Source: an uncultured Erythrobacter sp. (GTDB lineage Bacteria > Pseudomonadota > Alphaproteobacteria > Sphingomonadales > Sphingomonadaceae). From it: a stretch of DNA of 64,000 bases. The notes beneath the pieces are model-generated. The model was given only the letters and a program-made list of their open reading frames with translations. It had not been told where the DNA came from and did no database searches. This document shows positions 18,086-27,471 of this stretch, piece by piece (the stretch's first letter is position 1; each line of letters begins with the position of its first letter). The translations under genes and the position numbers were made by a program. The DNA is taken from contig CANLPY010000001.1 of assembly GCA_947493165.1 (NCBI GenBank), forward strand, positions 1,970,566 to 2,034,565. Reading direction: 5' to 3'.

Positions 18086-19750
18086 ATGAATGTTAATAGC
18101 GCCCCGTATCACCATCCCACCCCATGGGACACGCAGTTTGAAGTGGTGAGCTTGCCTGATTTGCTTGAGCGATCAGCCAAGGTTACGCCTGGCGCACCAT
18201 TGCTGCATTTCCTGGGCCGGACGTACTCCTATCAAGAAATCTATTCTGAAGCGCAGCGGTTTGCCGCGGGCCTGCTCGAAATGGGTATCAAAAAGGGCGA
18301 CCGAATTGGGTTGTTTTTGCCCAATGTGCCGATTTACGCGTCGGCTTATTACGGCGCGATGATGGCGGGTGCGATTGTTGTCAATTTCTCGCCGTTATAT
18401 TCGGTCGAAGAGCTGGAATGGCAAGTGCAAGACTCGGGGACGCGCGCGCTTGTTACCTTAGGCGTGCCAGAGCTTTACGAAACCGCATCTAAGGTGCTTG
18501 CAGGCTCTGAACTGGAAACGCTGATTGTCGGCTCTCTGCCAAATATGCTGCCCAAGATGAAAGGCATTGCGCTGCGCCTGATTGGGCGAAGCAAGCTGGC
18601 CAAGGTCACTTATCGCAATAATGTAAAAGCATGGGACGACGTGCTGAGCGATACGCCAACCAAGCTCCCCGCGATTGATAGCAACGAAGATCTGGCCCTG
18701 CTGCAATATACCGGCGGCACCACCGGGCGTCCAAAGGGTGCAATGCTGGGTCATTCGCAACTGGCGATCAATGCGCAGCAAACGGCTGCGATCAACCCGT
18801 TTGGCAAAGGCGCAGATGAGGTGTTCATGGGGGCGCTGCCCTTCTTCCATGTCTTTGCAAATACCGCCTTGCTCAATCACGCAGTTGCCAGCGGAGCGTC
18901 AATCGCCATCGTGCCGCGTTTTGAGGCGAAGCAAGTTCTGCAGACGATCGAAAAGTATAAGACAACCGGCTTTCCCGGCGTGCCAACCATGTTTCAAGCG
19001 CTGCTCGACCACCCAGATCTTGCGAAGACCGATGTTTCGTCGATCAGGGTTTGCATATCTGGCGGTGCGCCTATGCCAGCGCCGGTTCACACCCGGTTTG
19101 AAGACGTTACGGGTATCCGCGTTTGCGAAGGCTATGGCCTGACCGAAAGTTCGGGCGTGGTCTCCGTCAACCCGTACGAGGGTGAACGCAAGAAGGGCAC
19201 TATCGGCCAAGTGGTCGCGGGCACCGAGATCCTGCTTCTCGATAAAGAAGACCCCAGCAAACTCGCACCGGCCGGACAGCCGGGAGAGCTTGTCATCCAC
19301 GGTCCGCAAGTTATGCGTGGTTATTGGAAGCGCCCTGATGCAGAAGCGGACACTTTCGCTGAGCATAATGGCAAGAAATGGCTGCGGACCGGCGACGTTG
19401 CGACCGTTGATGAGGACGGCTTCATCAAAATCGTTGACCGGATCAAGGATATGATCGCGGTTGGCGGATTCAAAGTCTTTCCAAGCCACGTTGAAGACGT
19501 GGTTTTGCAGCATGATGCGGTGAAAGAGGTGCTCGTGATAGGCGTGCCTGATGAATACATGGGTGAGAAACCGCGCGCCTACGTTGTTCTAAATGATGAC
19601 GCAGACGTGGCAGCTGATGCGCTGCGCGATTGGCTTAATGGCCGCGTGGGCAAGCACGAGCGGGTCGATGAAATCGTAATTCGCGAGGAATTGCCAAAAA
19701 CGATGATCGGCAAGTTGGATCGCAAGGCGCTGCGCGCCGAAGTTCTCTGA
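18086..19750 (+). CDS. Long-chain-fatty-acid--CoA ligase
   Basis: YTGGTTGRPKG AMP-binding motif, GYGLTESS, TGD, DRIKDMI, GKLDRKAL. Start may be 18011 or 18086. Confidence 0.93.
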   Translation: MNVNSAPYHHPTPWDTQFEVVSLPDLLERSAKVTPGAPLLHFLGRTYSYQEIYSEAQRFAAGLLEMGIKKGDRIGLFLPNVPIYASAYYGAMMAGAIVVNFSPLYSVEELEWQVQDSGTRALVTLGVPELYETASKVLAGSELETLIVGSLPNMLPKMKGIALRLIGRSKLAKVTYRNNVKAWDDVLSDTPTKLPAIDSNEDLALLQYTGGTTGRPKGAMLGHSQLAINAQQTAAINPFGKGADEVFMGALPFFHVFANTALLNHAVASGASIAIVPRFEAKQVLQTIEKYKTTGFPGVPTMFQALLDHPDLAKTDVSSIRVCISGGAPMPAPVHTRFEDVTGIRVCEGYGLTESSGVVSVNPYEGERKKGTIGQVVAGTEILLLDKEDPSKLAPAGQPGELVIHGPQVMRGYWKRPDAEADTFAEHNGKKWLRTGDVATVDEDGFIKIVDRIKDMIAVGGFKVFPSHVEDVVLQHDAVKEVLVIGVPDEYMGEKPRAYVVLNDDADVAADALRDWLNGRVGKHERVDEIVIREELPKTMIGKLDRKALRAEVL

Positions 19751-19788
19751 GGCCGCTCACAGGCACTGCGCGCCGAAGTCCCCTAAGG
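19725..19788 (+). repeat. Imperfect 28-bp direct repeat duplicating the 3' end of the acyl-CoA ligase gene
   Basis: 19725-19752 versus 19761-19788: 24/28 identical, offset 36 nt. Confidence 0.75.
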
Positions 19789-19879
19789 ACGCCCGCGCGT
19801 CACGCGCGTTCGAGGCGGAAAAAGAAAAAGCCGCCAGCTTCGCGCGAGCAGCTCTCTCTAAAACTCTTCAGAGGATTGC

Positions 19880-20374
19880 TTATTGAGCGATCTTCAATTG
19901 CGGCTCATCATCTCCAACCGGCTTAGTATCGCCTGCCTTTGGAGAAGCGGGCTTGGCTTCTGACTTGCGGCGATCGTTTGGCGCGAAACGGCCATCGACC
20001 TGAGCGCCTTGTTCAATCGTCAATGCGTCATAATGCACGTCGCCTTCGATCTGCGCGCTTTTCAGGATCACAAGTTCACGGACGTTGATCGATCCGGCGA
20101 CACGGCCAGCAAGACGCGCCGTTTCTGCGGTAATTCCCCCCGTAACGGTCGAGCTTTCACCTTGCACAAGCGATGTGCACTTAATGTCACCCTCAACCGC
20201 GCCGTCGACATGCAAGTCAGCCGATGCTGATACATTGCCTTTGATCGCAACATCTGAACCGAGAACGGAAAAGGTGGAGGAGTTGGATGACATTGATCTT
20301 CCCTGCGAGCGTTTTGGGGGATTGGTTGGGGGTGAAGCGGGACTACTGGGTTCCGCGGGCTTCTTTGAGAACAT
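19880..20374 (-). CDS. Bactofilin (polymer-forming cytoskeletal protein)
   Basis: MFSKK N-terminal peptide; SVLGSDVAIKGNV..DLHVDGAVEGDI..GSINV..IEGDVHYDALTIEQGAQVDG beta-helix. Confidence 0.92.
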   Translation of the reverse strand: MFSKKPAEPSSPASPPTNPPKRSQGRSMSSNSSTFSVLGSDVAIKGNVSASADLHVDGAVEGDIKCTSLVQGESSTVTGGITAETARLAGRVAGSINVRELVILKSAQIEGDVHYDALTIEQGAQVDGRFAPNDRRKSEAKPASPKAGDTKPVGDDEPQLKIAQ

Positions 20375-21491
20375 CAGGTGCGGTCTCCAGGAAGGGGCGC
20401 GGATTGACCGCGCGGTCATTAATACGAACTTCAAAATGCAGGTGCGGCCCAGTTGATCGGCCAGTGCTGCCAAGCGCGCCAATGCGCTCGCCAACATTGA
20501 CGACTTGCCCCACGGCCGTGCCGAGGCGTGACATGTGCGCATAACGCGTCATCATGCCATTTCCGTGATCAATCTCGACCGTTTTGCCATAGCCTGATTT
20601 CCAGCCAGCGAAGGACACTGTGCCTTGCGCAGCGGCGTAAATGTTAGACCCGGTGGGGCCCTTGAAATCGAGACCGCTATGCATTGCACCGCCGCCATTA
20701 AACGGATCACGGCGATAGCCAAAGCCAGACGATTCTTTGGTGACGCCGGCATCAGTTGGGGTGAATTGCGGTATTGAATCCAAACCGCGTTCAAGCGCTG
20801 CCATACGCGCAAGGCTGAGGCCAAGACGTTCGAAGCGCGGATCGATACTGCCATCAGCTGACGTGGCGAGCAGTTCCAATGGACCACCCATCGCATCCAA
20901 ATCGCTTGTCTGAATCATAGCGTCTGGGTTCAGGCCTAGCTGACGCAATGCTTGCTCAGCGCGCTGAGCGCGATCATCAGCAAAGCGTGTAAGGCGCTCA
21001 ACATAGGCGAGCTGGCGCGCTTCAATTTCAGCCAGCTCAGCTGCTTCTGGGAAGGAAGCGCTGACCTTCTCGATCATTTCAGCGGCTTCAGACGATGAAT
21101 CTGTGACTGTCCCGCTAGCATCTTTCACATCAGCAGGCAGCGCTTCGGTCATTTGCTCGATAAAATCCTGACGCTTAGTCAGGTCTTGCGCAACGGCATC
21201 AAGATCATCGCCATACGTGTCCAACCGCTCTTGAGCGCTGGCAACTTTTGCGGCGTTTTCGAGTAGGGAGAGACGGTCAGCGTCGGCTTGATATTTTGAC
21301 CAAGCCATACCTGCCATTGTCACACCCCATCCAAGGATAAGTGCAACTACAGCAATTGCCGCAATCTTCTGCATCCGCGAGGTGATGGTGATGAAGCGGA
21401 CCTGACCTTGCGAGCGCATAAAGAACTCGCGATCTGGAAACCACTCCTGCATCCGCTCCCGCCAATTGCTGGTGGAACCTTCGTTCTGCAA
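20343..21491 (-). CDS. Membrane-anchored M23 endopeptidase with coiled-coil (LmdC-like), upstream of bactofilin
   Basis: FPDREFFMRSQGQVRFI cytoplasmic N-terminus, TM helix, coiled coil, HSGLD and STGPHLH. Confidence 0.9.
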   Translation of the reverse strand: MQNEGSTSNWRERMQEWFPDREFFMRSQGQVRFITITSRMQKIAAIAVVALILGWGVTMAGMAWSKYQADADRLSLLENAAKVASAQERLDTYGDDLDAVAQDLTKRQDFIEQMTEALPADVKDASGTVTDSSSEAAEMIEKVSASFPEAAELAEIEARQLAYVERLTRFADDRAQRAEQALRQLGLNPDAMIQTSDLDAMGGPLELLATSADGSIDPRFERLGLSLARMAALERGLDSIPQFTPTDAGVTKESSGFGYRRDPFNGGGAMHSGLDFKGPTGSNIYAAAQGTVSFAGWKSGYGKTVEIDHGNGMMTRYAHMSRLGTAVGQVVNVGERIGALGSTGRSTGPHLHFEVRINDRAVNPRPFLETAPDVLKEARGTQ

Positions 21492-21744
21492 GGCGAACCC
21501 TTTATTTGTTATTGCCCCAACTTCCGTTGGATTGGCTTTACCAAGGGAGTCCTTACAGGTCGAATCCAGGTGTTAACGGACCCGGCGAGATGAATGATGC
21601 ACGGGACGAACGGTTCATCTGGGTGTAATATTGCCTAAAACATATCGAAAATTCCAAGAATCACTGCTCTTAATCGGGGTGAGAACCGACAGCTTGGCCG
21701 AGAAGACTGACAGCGTAGAAATCGCCTGCTAACGCGAAAACGCA

Positions 21745-23019
21745 ATGAACATCCAAACCTCTCCTGATCTTGATTCTGCAACCCTGGTGTCAAAGCTTGC
21801 CGCGGAAGGCCGCACCGCGCAGCGCCAGCTTGCTTCCATGTCGAGCGCTGAGCGCGCTGCTGCTTTACACAAGGCGGCGGAGCATTTGCGCCGTGACGTC
21901 ACCGCTATCCTTGCGGCAAATGCGCGTGATATCGCCGCTGGCGAAGGCGCAGGCCTCTCTGGCGCAATGCTGGACCGTTTGCGGCTTGATGAAGGCCGGT
22001 TGGAAGGCATCGCTGCCGGCGTTGATGCGGTTGCCGATTTGCCTGATCCCACAGGCGAAATCATCTCTGAAAGCGAGCCGCCCAATGGGCTGAAACTGTC
22101 GCGCATTCGCGTTCCGATCGGCTTGATCGGCATTATCTACGAAAGCCGCCCCAATGTGACGGCGGATACGGCGGCTTTGTGCGTGCGCTCTGGCAATGCA
22201 GTGTTGCTGCGCGGTGGCAGCGAGGCAGTGCATTCCAACCGCGCTATTCACGCGGCGATCACGGCTGGCCTTGCTGAGGGAGGCGTACCCGAAGCGGCGG
22301 TGCAATTAATGCCGACACAGGATCGCGCGGGCGTGGGCGCGATGCTGCAAGCGCATGGTGCGATCGATATGATTATACCGCGCGGTGGGCGCGGCTTGGT
22401 CGAGCGGGTGCAAAATGATGCGCGCGTTCCCGTGCTCGCTCACTTGGATGGCATTTGCCACACCTATGTTCATGCTGCGGCTAATCCAGATATGGCGCGC
22501 GATGTCGCCGTCAACGCCAAGTTGCGGCGCACCGGCATTTGCGGGGCGATGGAGACGCTGCTGATCGATGCTGATTTTGCAGACGGCGCGAGTCTTGTTT
22601 CCACCTTAATCGATGCAGGCTGCGAAGTACGAGGGGATGAGCGGATTGCGACGCTTGATAGCCGGGTAAAACCTGCCAAAGCGCAAGATTGGGACACTGA
22701 ATATCTCGACGCAGTGCTCTCGGTTGCGATGGTCGATGATATTGAGGCCGCGATAGCGCATATTGATCGACATTCGTCGAACCACACTGACGCCATTATC
22801 ACCTCTGACGAGACGGCGGCACAGCGATTCTTTGCAGGCGTCGACAGTGCGATTGTGATGCACAACGCCTCCACGCAATTTGCTGATGGCGCACAATTTG
22901 GCCTCGGCGCAGAAATCGGCATTGCCACTGGACGGCTGCATGCGCGCGGCCCGGTCGCGTTAGAAGGACTAACGACTTACAAATGGCTGGTTCGCGGTAA
23001 AGGTCAGGCACGTCCTTGA
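21745..23019 (+). CDS. proA: Gamma-glutamyl phosphate reductase
   Basis: VPIGLIGIIYESRPNVT, LRGGSEA, IPRGG, GICHTYV, CGAMETLL, NASTQFADG..GLGAEIGI. Confidence 0.97.
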   Translation: MNIQTSPDLDSATLVSKLAAEGRTAQRQLASMSSAERAAALHKAAEHLRRDVTAILAANARDIAAGEGAGLSGAMLDRLRLDEGRLEGIAAGVDAVADLPDPTGEIISESEPPNGLKLSRIRVPIGLIGIIYESRPNVTADTAALCVRSGNAVLLRGGSEAVHSNRAIHAAITAGLAEGGVPEAAVQLMPTQDRAGVGAMLQAHGAIDMIIPRGGRGLVERVQNDARVPVLAHLDGICHTYVHAAANPDMARDVAVNAKLRRTGICGAMETLLIDADFADGASLVSTLIDAGCEVRGDERIATLDSRVKPAKAQDWDTEYLDAVLSVAMVDDIEAAIAHIDRHSSNHTDAIITSDETAAQRFFAGVDSAIVMHNASTQFADGAQFGLGAEIGIATGRLHARGPVALEGLTTYKWLVRGKGQARP

Positions 23020-23681
23020 GCGCACGGCGAGGCATTGCGGTGCGCACAGGCCTGCTTGGCGGAAGCTTTAACCCCGCGCATGGCGGGCATCGGCGAATCA
23101 CGCGATTCACGATTGATGCGTTGGGTTTAGACGAGGCATGGTGGCTCGTCTCTCCCGGAAATCCGCTGAAACCCCGAAAGGGCATGGCGCCGCTCACCGC
23201 GCGCCTCAAATCCGCTGAACAGCAGGCTCGCCGCGCGCCGATCATCCCAACCGCGATAGAGCAGCAACTGGGCACGCGCTTCACCATCAGCACCCTGCGT
23301 GCGCTCAAACGCCGCTATCCCAAGCGCGAATTTGTGTGGTTGATGGGCTCGGATAATCTCGCGCAATTCCACCTTTGGAATGCATGGCGCGATATTGCGC
23401 GCACAATGCCGATTGCAGTGATTGCAAGGCCCGGCTATAACCAAGCGGCTTTGGCGAGCCCCGCCATGGCCTGGCTCAGACGCTATTCCGTGTCTGTTGC
23501 CAGCTTTCGAGAACGGGGGCGATGGAGCGCACCGGCACTGGTGTTATTGCGTTTCGATCCTGACACGCGTTCGGCCACGGCAATTCGCCGTGCTAATACG
23601 GGTTGGGCGGAACAATATGCTGGCCGAGGCGCGCGAGACCGACTGACGTTCAGGCGGATTCAGACATCGGAGGGATTATGA
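23016..23681 (+). CDS. nadD: Nicotinate-nucleotide adenylyltransferase
   Basis: GLLGGSFNPAHGGH, SPGNPLK, WLMGSDNL, SATAIR. Confidence 0.95.
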   Translation: MSARRGIAVRTGLLGGSFNPAHGGHRRITRFTIDALGLDEAWWLVSPGNPLKPRKGMAPLTARLKSAEQQARRAPIIPTAIEQQLGTRFTISTLRALKRRYPKREFVWLMGSDNLAQFHLWNAWRDIARTMPIAVIARPGYNQAALASPAMAWLRRYSVSVASFRERGRWSAPALVLLRFDPDTRSATAIRRANTGWAEQYAGRGARDRLTFRRIQTSEGL

Positions 23682-23741
23682 GGCGCATCATTGGCGTTGC
23701 TTATCCCGTATTTTATCACCCCACAATCTGGAGACCTATGA

Positions 23742-24158
23742 TTGCCTATGACACAGGCACTAACCTCGTCGGCTGCAGCTGTTGCAGCGCCTCATACGAT
23801 GGCCTCAGCTGATATGGCTGATGACGATCTGCACGCGCTCGTGCTTGCTCAGCTTGATGATGATCAGGCGCAGGAAATTGTCTCGATCCCATTAGAGGGA
23901 AAGAGCTCAATTGCTGATTACATGGTCATCGCTTCGGGTCGCTCGACGCGACAAGTTGCGGCAATGGCGCAAAAATTGGCGGAAAAAGTAAAACAGGCGG
24001 GCTTTGGCTCTGCCCGGATCGAAGGCCTGCCAGCGGCAGACTGGGTTCTGATCGATGCAGGCGATGTCGTTGTGCATCTGTTCCGGCCCGAAGTCCGCAG
24101 TTTCTACAATCTTGAACGCATGTGGGCGTTTGACGGGGCAGAGGCCGGCACGGCGTAA
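23742..24158 (+). CDS. rsfS: Ribosome silencing factor
   Basis: LDDDQAQEIVSI, IADYMVIASGRSTRQV, WVLIDAGDVVVHLFRPEVRSFYNLERMW. Start approximate. Confidence 0.95.
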   Translation: MPMTQALTSSAAAVAAPHTMASADMADDDLHALVLAQLDDDQAQEIVSIPLEGKSSIADYMVIASGRSTRQVAAMAQKLAEKVKQAGFGSARIEGLPAADWVLIDAGDVVVHLFRPEVRSFYNLERMWAFDGAEAGTA

Positions 24159-24289
24159 TCACTTGAGTGCTGGACTGCGTTCGCAGTTCAGTATCCTTGC
24201 TCACGCGGCTTAAGGGCCGCATCATTGCGGCCGGCCGGTTGGCGCAGCGGTCCGCATGCGGACTGTTTCATTCCAAGTCTGGAATAATT

Positions 24290-24712
24290 ATCCTTCTTCA
24301 CGTCATCGCTCGCGGAAAGATTGCCCGCTCGCCAGAGGCAGAGTTGGTTGCGCGCTATGAAAAGCGGCTGACATGGCCGGTGAAGCTCACGGAGCTGCCG
24401 GAAAGTGGCGGCAGGGTCCCCGATCCGCAAACCCCTCACAAAACCGTACTGCTGGATGAGCGCGGTAAGACCATGTCATCTGAAGATTTCGCGGCACTAC
24501 TTGGCCGCTGGCGCGATGATGGGATGCGCGAGGCGCGTTTTGTTTTGGGAGCAGCGGACGGCCATAATCAGGAAGAGCGAGCCAAAGCAGATGTGTTGCT
24601 TGCGTTTGGTCCTGCGACATGGCCGCATTTGCTCGCCCGCGCCATGCTGATGGAGCAATTATACCGTGCCACCAGTATTTTGGCCGGCCACCCCTATCAT
24701 CGCTCCGGCTGA
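24290..24712 (+). CDS. rlmH: 23S rRNA (pseudouridine1915-N3)-methyltransferase; apparent ATC start
   Basis: LLHVIARGK..EAELVARY, LDERG, FVLGAADG, TWPHLLARAMLMEQLYRA..ILAGHPYHR. The conserved part begins at ATC 24290, with no in-frame ATG nearby. Confidence 0.92.
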   Translation: MLLHVIARGKIARSPEAELVARYEKRLTWPVKLTELPESGGRVPDPQTPHKTVLLDERGKTMSSEDFAALLGRWRDDGMREARFVLGAADGHNQEERAKADVLLAFGPATWPHLLARAMLMEQLYRATSILAGHPYHRSG

Positions 24713-24730
24713 TCGGGCAAAAGGGCGACG

Positions 24731-25960
24731 ATGAAGCGGCAGTCCTTCCTCATTCTGGTAGCAGGCGTCGGTGTCTTCGCGGGCGCGCTTGCGCTCGCCC
24801 CCCACGGTATGGCGCAGCGCGACCTTGCCCTGCTTGATCCAGCCGATGCGCGCGAGCAATTGGCGCGCGCTCAGCAGGCGGCTAAAGATGCTGAGAGGCG
24901 TGCAGCGCAGCTAACCGAACAGGCTGAGGCCGCAACTCGCACGGCTGACAAAACCGCAAGCGAGGCGGCAGCGATGGCTGCGCAAATTCAGCAATCCGAG
25001 GCCGAAATCGCCGCCGGAAAGGCGCGCTATTCCATCGCTCAATCCCGCCGCGGAGAGCTAAGCCGGAGTCTTGCGCAGCGTCAGCAGCCGCTTGTCAGCT
25101 TGACCGGCGCGCTGCAGGCGATGTCGCGCCGCCCGCTCGCTCTATCGGCATTACAGCCGGGATCCTTGCGCGAAACGGTCTATGTTCGCGCGGTTCTGGA
25201 TAGCGCCGTCCCTCAGGTGCGTGCGCGCACCGCTGCTTTGCGAAGTGACTTGGAAGAAGGCCGTGCGCTGGAAGATCAAGCGCGCGAATCACTGGCGGAT
25301 TTGCGCGGCGGAGAGGCCGCTCTTCGTGAGCGGCGTCTGGCGCTGGCAGAGCTGGAGACGCGCCAACGGCTCGCGTCCCGGGAAGCGCGCAGCAATGCTG
25401 TCCGCGAACGGGAGCGCGCGCTCGCGTTGGCCGAAGATGCACGCGATCTGGATGGCTTGGTCGGAGAGCTTGGCGCGGCGAGCAAATTGCGCCGCGAGCT
25501 CGCCGCTTTACCCGGCCCCGTCTTGCGTCCTCCCCGGCCCAGCGCAGCTGAAGTCATCGTCTCTGCAACACCGACACCGACGCCTAATGCGGCAGCTCCC
25601 CCGCCCGGCTTTCAACTGCCGGTGCAGGGCCGCACTTTGGCTGGTTTCGGGGAGTTGCGCGACAGCGGCGCGCGCAGCACTGGCGTTGTGATAGCGCCAG
25701 CGAGCGGCGCGCAAGTGATCGCCCCGGCGGCAGGCAGAGTGGCGTTTTCTGGGCCCTACAGAGGCTTTGGGCGAATCGTGATTATTGAGCATTCTGGCGG
25801 CTGGACGAGCCTTGTAACAGGCCTCGCCACAAGCGATGTCGAAGTGGGTGACACGCTGGTCAGCGGCAGCCCATTAGGCGTGGCAGCGGCTCAGGAACCT
25901 GCAATTACTATTGAGCTGCGACGGTCGGGTGAGCCAGTTAACCCTCTGCAGTTCCTTTAG
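24731..25960 (+). CDS. envC: Murein hydrolase activator, EnvC family
   Basis: Signal/TM segment, long coiled coil, Pro/Thr/Ala linker, degenerate M23 domain lacking the zinc His residues (GPYRGFGRIVIIEH). Confidence 0.85.
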   Translation: MKRQSFLILVAGVGVFAGALALAPHGMAQRDLALLDPADAREQLARAQQAAKDAERRAAQLTEQAEAATRTADKTASEAAAMAAQIQQSEAEIAAGKARYSIAQSRRGELSRSLAQRQQPLVSLTGALQAMSRRPLALSALQPGSLRETVYVRAVLDSAVPQVRARTAALRSDLEEGRALEDQARESLADLRGGEAALRERRLALAELETRQRLASREARSNAVRERERALALAEDARDLDGLVGELGAASKLRRELAALPGPVLRPPRPSAAEVIVSATPTPTPNAAAPPPGFQLPVQGRTLAGFGELRDSGARSTGVVIAPASGAQVIAPAAGRVAFSGPYRGFGRIVIIEHSGGWTSLVTGLATSDVEVGDTLVSGSPLGVAAAQEPAITIELRRSGEPVNPLQFL

Positions 25961-26106
25961 AAACCTCTTTTGAGCAGAATGCGAAATAGAGAACCTTTCG
26001 CACCATAACGACCCTCTGCGGGACATCGAAAATCGGCTCGCCGCTCTCATCTGGCATTCAGAATGAATGCGCGATACACATAGCATTCACGCCAAAGGAG
26101 CCTTTC

Positions 26107-27453
26107 GTGCCCAAGAAGTTTATCGCCTTGCTGCAAAGCGCAGCGCTTGTGACCACAGTTGCACTTATCCCGACCGCCACCGCATCGATGGCCCAAGTCG
26201 AAGGCCGCGCCGGTCCAGAATTCTCGAAGTTGTTCGCCACCTATCAACGGATCAAGGCGAGTTACGTTGAAGAGGTGGATGACGAGAGCTTGGTGCGCGG
26301 CGCGATTGACGGAATGCTCGCGTCGCTTGATCCGCACTCCGCTTATATTGATGGCGCAGCGATGCAGCGGCTCACGACGCTGATTGATGGCAATTATTCC
26401 GGGCTTGGCCTGTCGGTTGTGATGGAAGAGGGCGCGGTAAAGGTCGTATCCCCGTTCCGCGGTAGTCCAGCTGAAGAAGCCGGCGTGAAAGCGGGTGATT
26501 TCATCACCCACTTGGACGGTGAACTGATTTACGGCGGCGAATTGGATGATGCGGTGGCGCAAATGCGCGGGCAGGCGGGAACGTCAATCCAGCTGACCAT
26601 TTTCCGCCCCGGCCGCGATGAACCGCTCGAAGTGGACGTAACGCGCGGCGTGATTGAGCTGGAACCGGTGACCCATGCGCTTGAAGGCGGCAATATTGGC
26701 GTCATCACCGTCAACGAATTTTCCGCAGATGTGGGCCGTGATGTCTACCAAGCGTGGGAAGCCATTCAGGAAGAGGCGACCGGCCGTGTTGGCGGCTTGA
26801 TCCTTGACCTGCGCTCCAATCCGGGCGGCAGCCTTGATGAAGCTGTCGCATTGTCTGATCTATTTCTCGACAAAGGCCGGATCGTCTCACAACGCGGACG
26901 CGCTCGCGGTGAAACCCTCTTATATGATGCAGAAACTGTATTCCGCGGCGATATGGCTGAAGGCACACCGGTGATCGTCTTGATTGATGCCGGTTCAGCA
27001 TCTGCCTCTGAGATTGTTGCTGGCGCTCTGCAAGATCATCGCCGGGCGCTCGTCATGGGCGATCGCAGCTTTGGTAAAGGCAGCGTGCAGTCGCTGCTCC
27101 CTCTGGGCCGCGACGCGGCGCTCAAATTGACCACGGCGCGCTATTTCACGCCGTCAGGTCATTCAGTGCAGGAAGGCGGGATTAAGCCCGATATCACAGT
27201 GCCGCAATTGTCTGATCCAGACTACGCGTTGCGCAGTAAATATGCGACGCGTGAAAGCGATTTGCGCGGGCACCTCGTCAATGAGCTGGGCCTTAAAGAC
27301 GAAGAGCTGGAAGGCGACACTGTCGATGATCCGCGCTTCAAACTGACCGCTGAGCAGCTTGAGGAAAAGGGCGTTGAAGATTTCCAGCTGCACTACGCTC
27401 TTGAGACGTTGCGCCGCACCACTGCTAGTTCTGTCGCCCTGCGCGAAGACTAA
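26107..27453 (+). CDS. ctpA: S41 carboxy-terminal processing protease
   Basis: LDPHSAY, GLGL PDZ loop, DLRSNPGG, SASASEIVAGALQD, FGKGSVQ; SD AAGGAG before GTG. Confidence 0.95.
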   Translation: MPKKFIALLQSAALVTTVALIPTATASMAQVEGRAGPEFSKLFATYQRIKASYVEEVDDESLVRGAIDGMLASLDPHSAYIDGAAMQRLTTLIDGNYSGLGLSVVMEEGAVKVVSPFRGSPAEEAGVKAGDFITHLDGELIYGGELDDAVAQMRGQAGTSIQLTIFRPGRDEPLEVDVTRGVIELEPVTHALEGGNIGVITVNEFSADVGRDVYQAWEAIQEEATGRVGGLILDLRSNPGGSLDEAVALSDLFLDKGRIVSQRGRARGETLLYDAETVFRGDMAEGTPVIVLIDAGSASASEIVAGALQDHRRALVMGDRSFGKGSVQSLLPLGRDAALKLTTARYFTPSGHSVQEGGIKPDITVPQLSDPDYALRSKYATRESDLRGHLVNELGLKDEELEGDTVDDPRFKLTAEQLEEKGVEDFQLHYALETLRRTTASSVALRED

Positions 27454-27471
27454 AGGATAAACGGCAAGGGC

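Noticed and set aside
19789-19865. Small GC-rich hairpins and an A-rich loop between convergent genes
   Set aside because: Stems are short and compatible with chance or a weak terminator; no second copy was seen.
24731-25960. M23 domain lacking catalytic His residues, suggesting a pseudogene
   Set aside because: A degenerate M23 domain is the normal state of EnvC-type activators, and the ORF is intact.
5151-25960. Three M23-domain genes within ~21 kb as a dedicated cluster
   Set aside because: Each sits in its own conserved housekeeping context; nothing suggests a shared unit.
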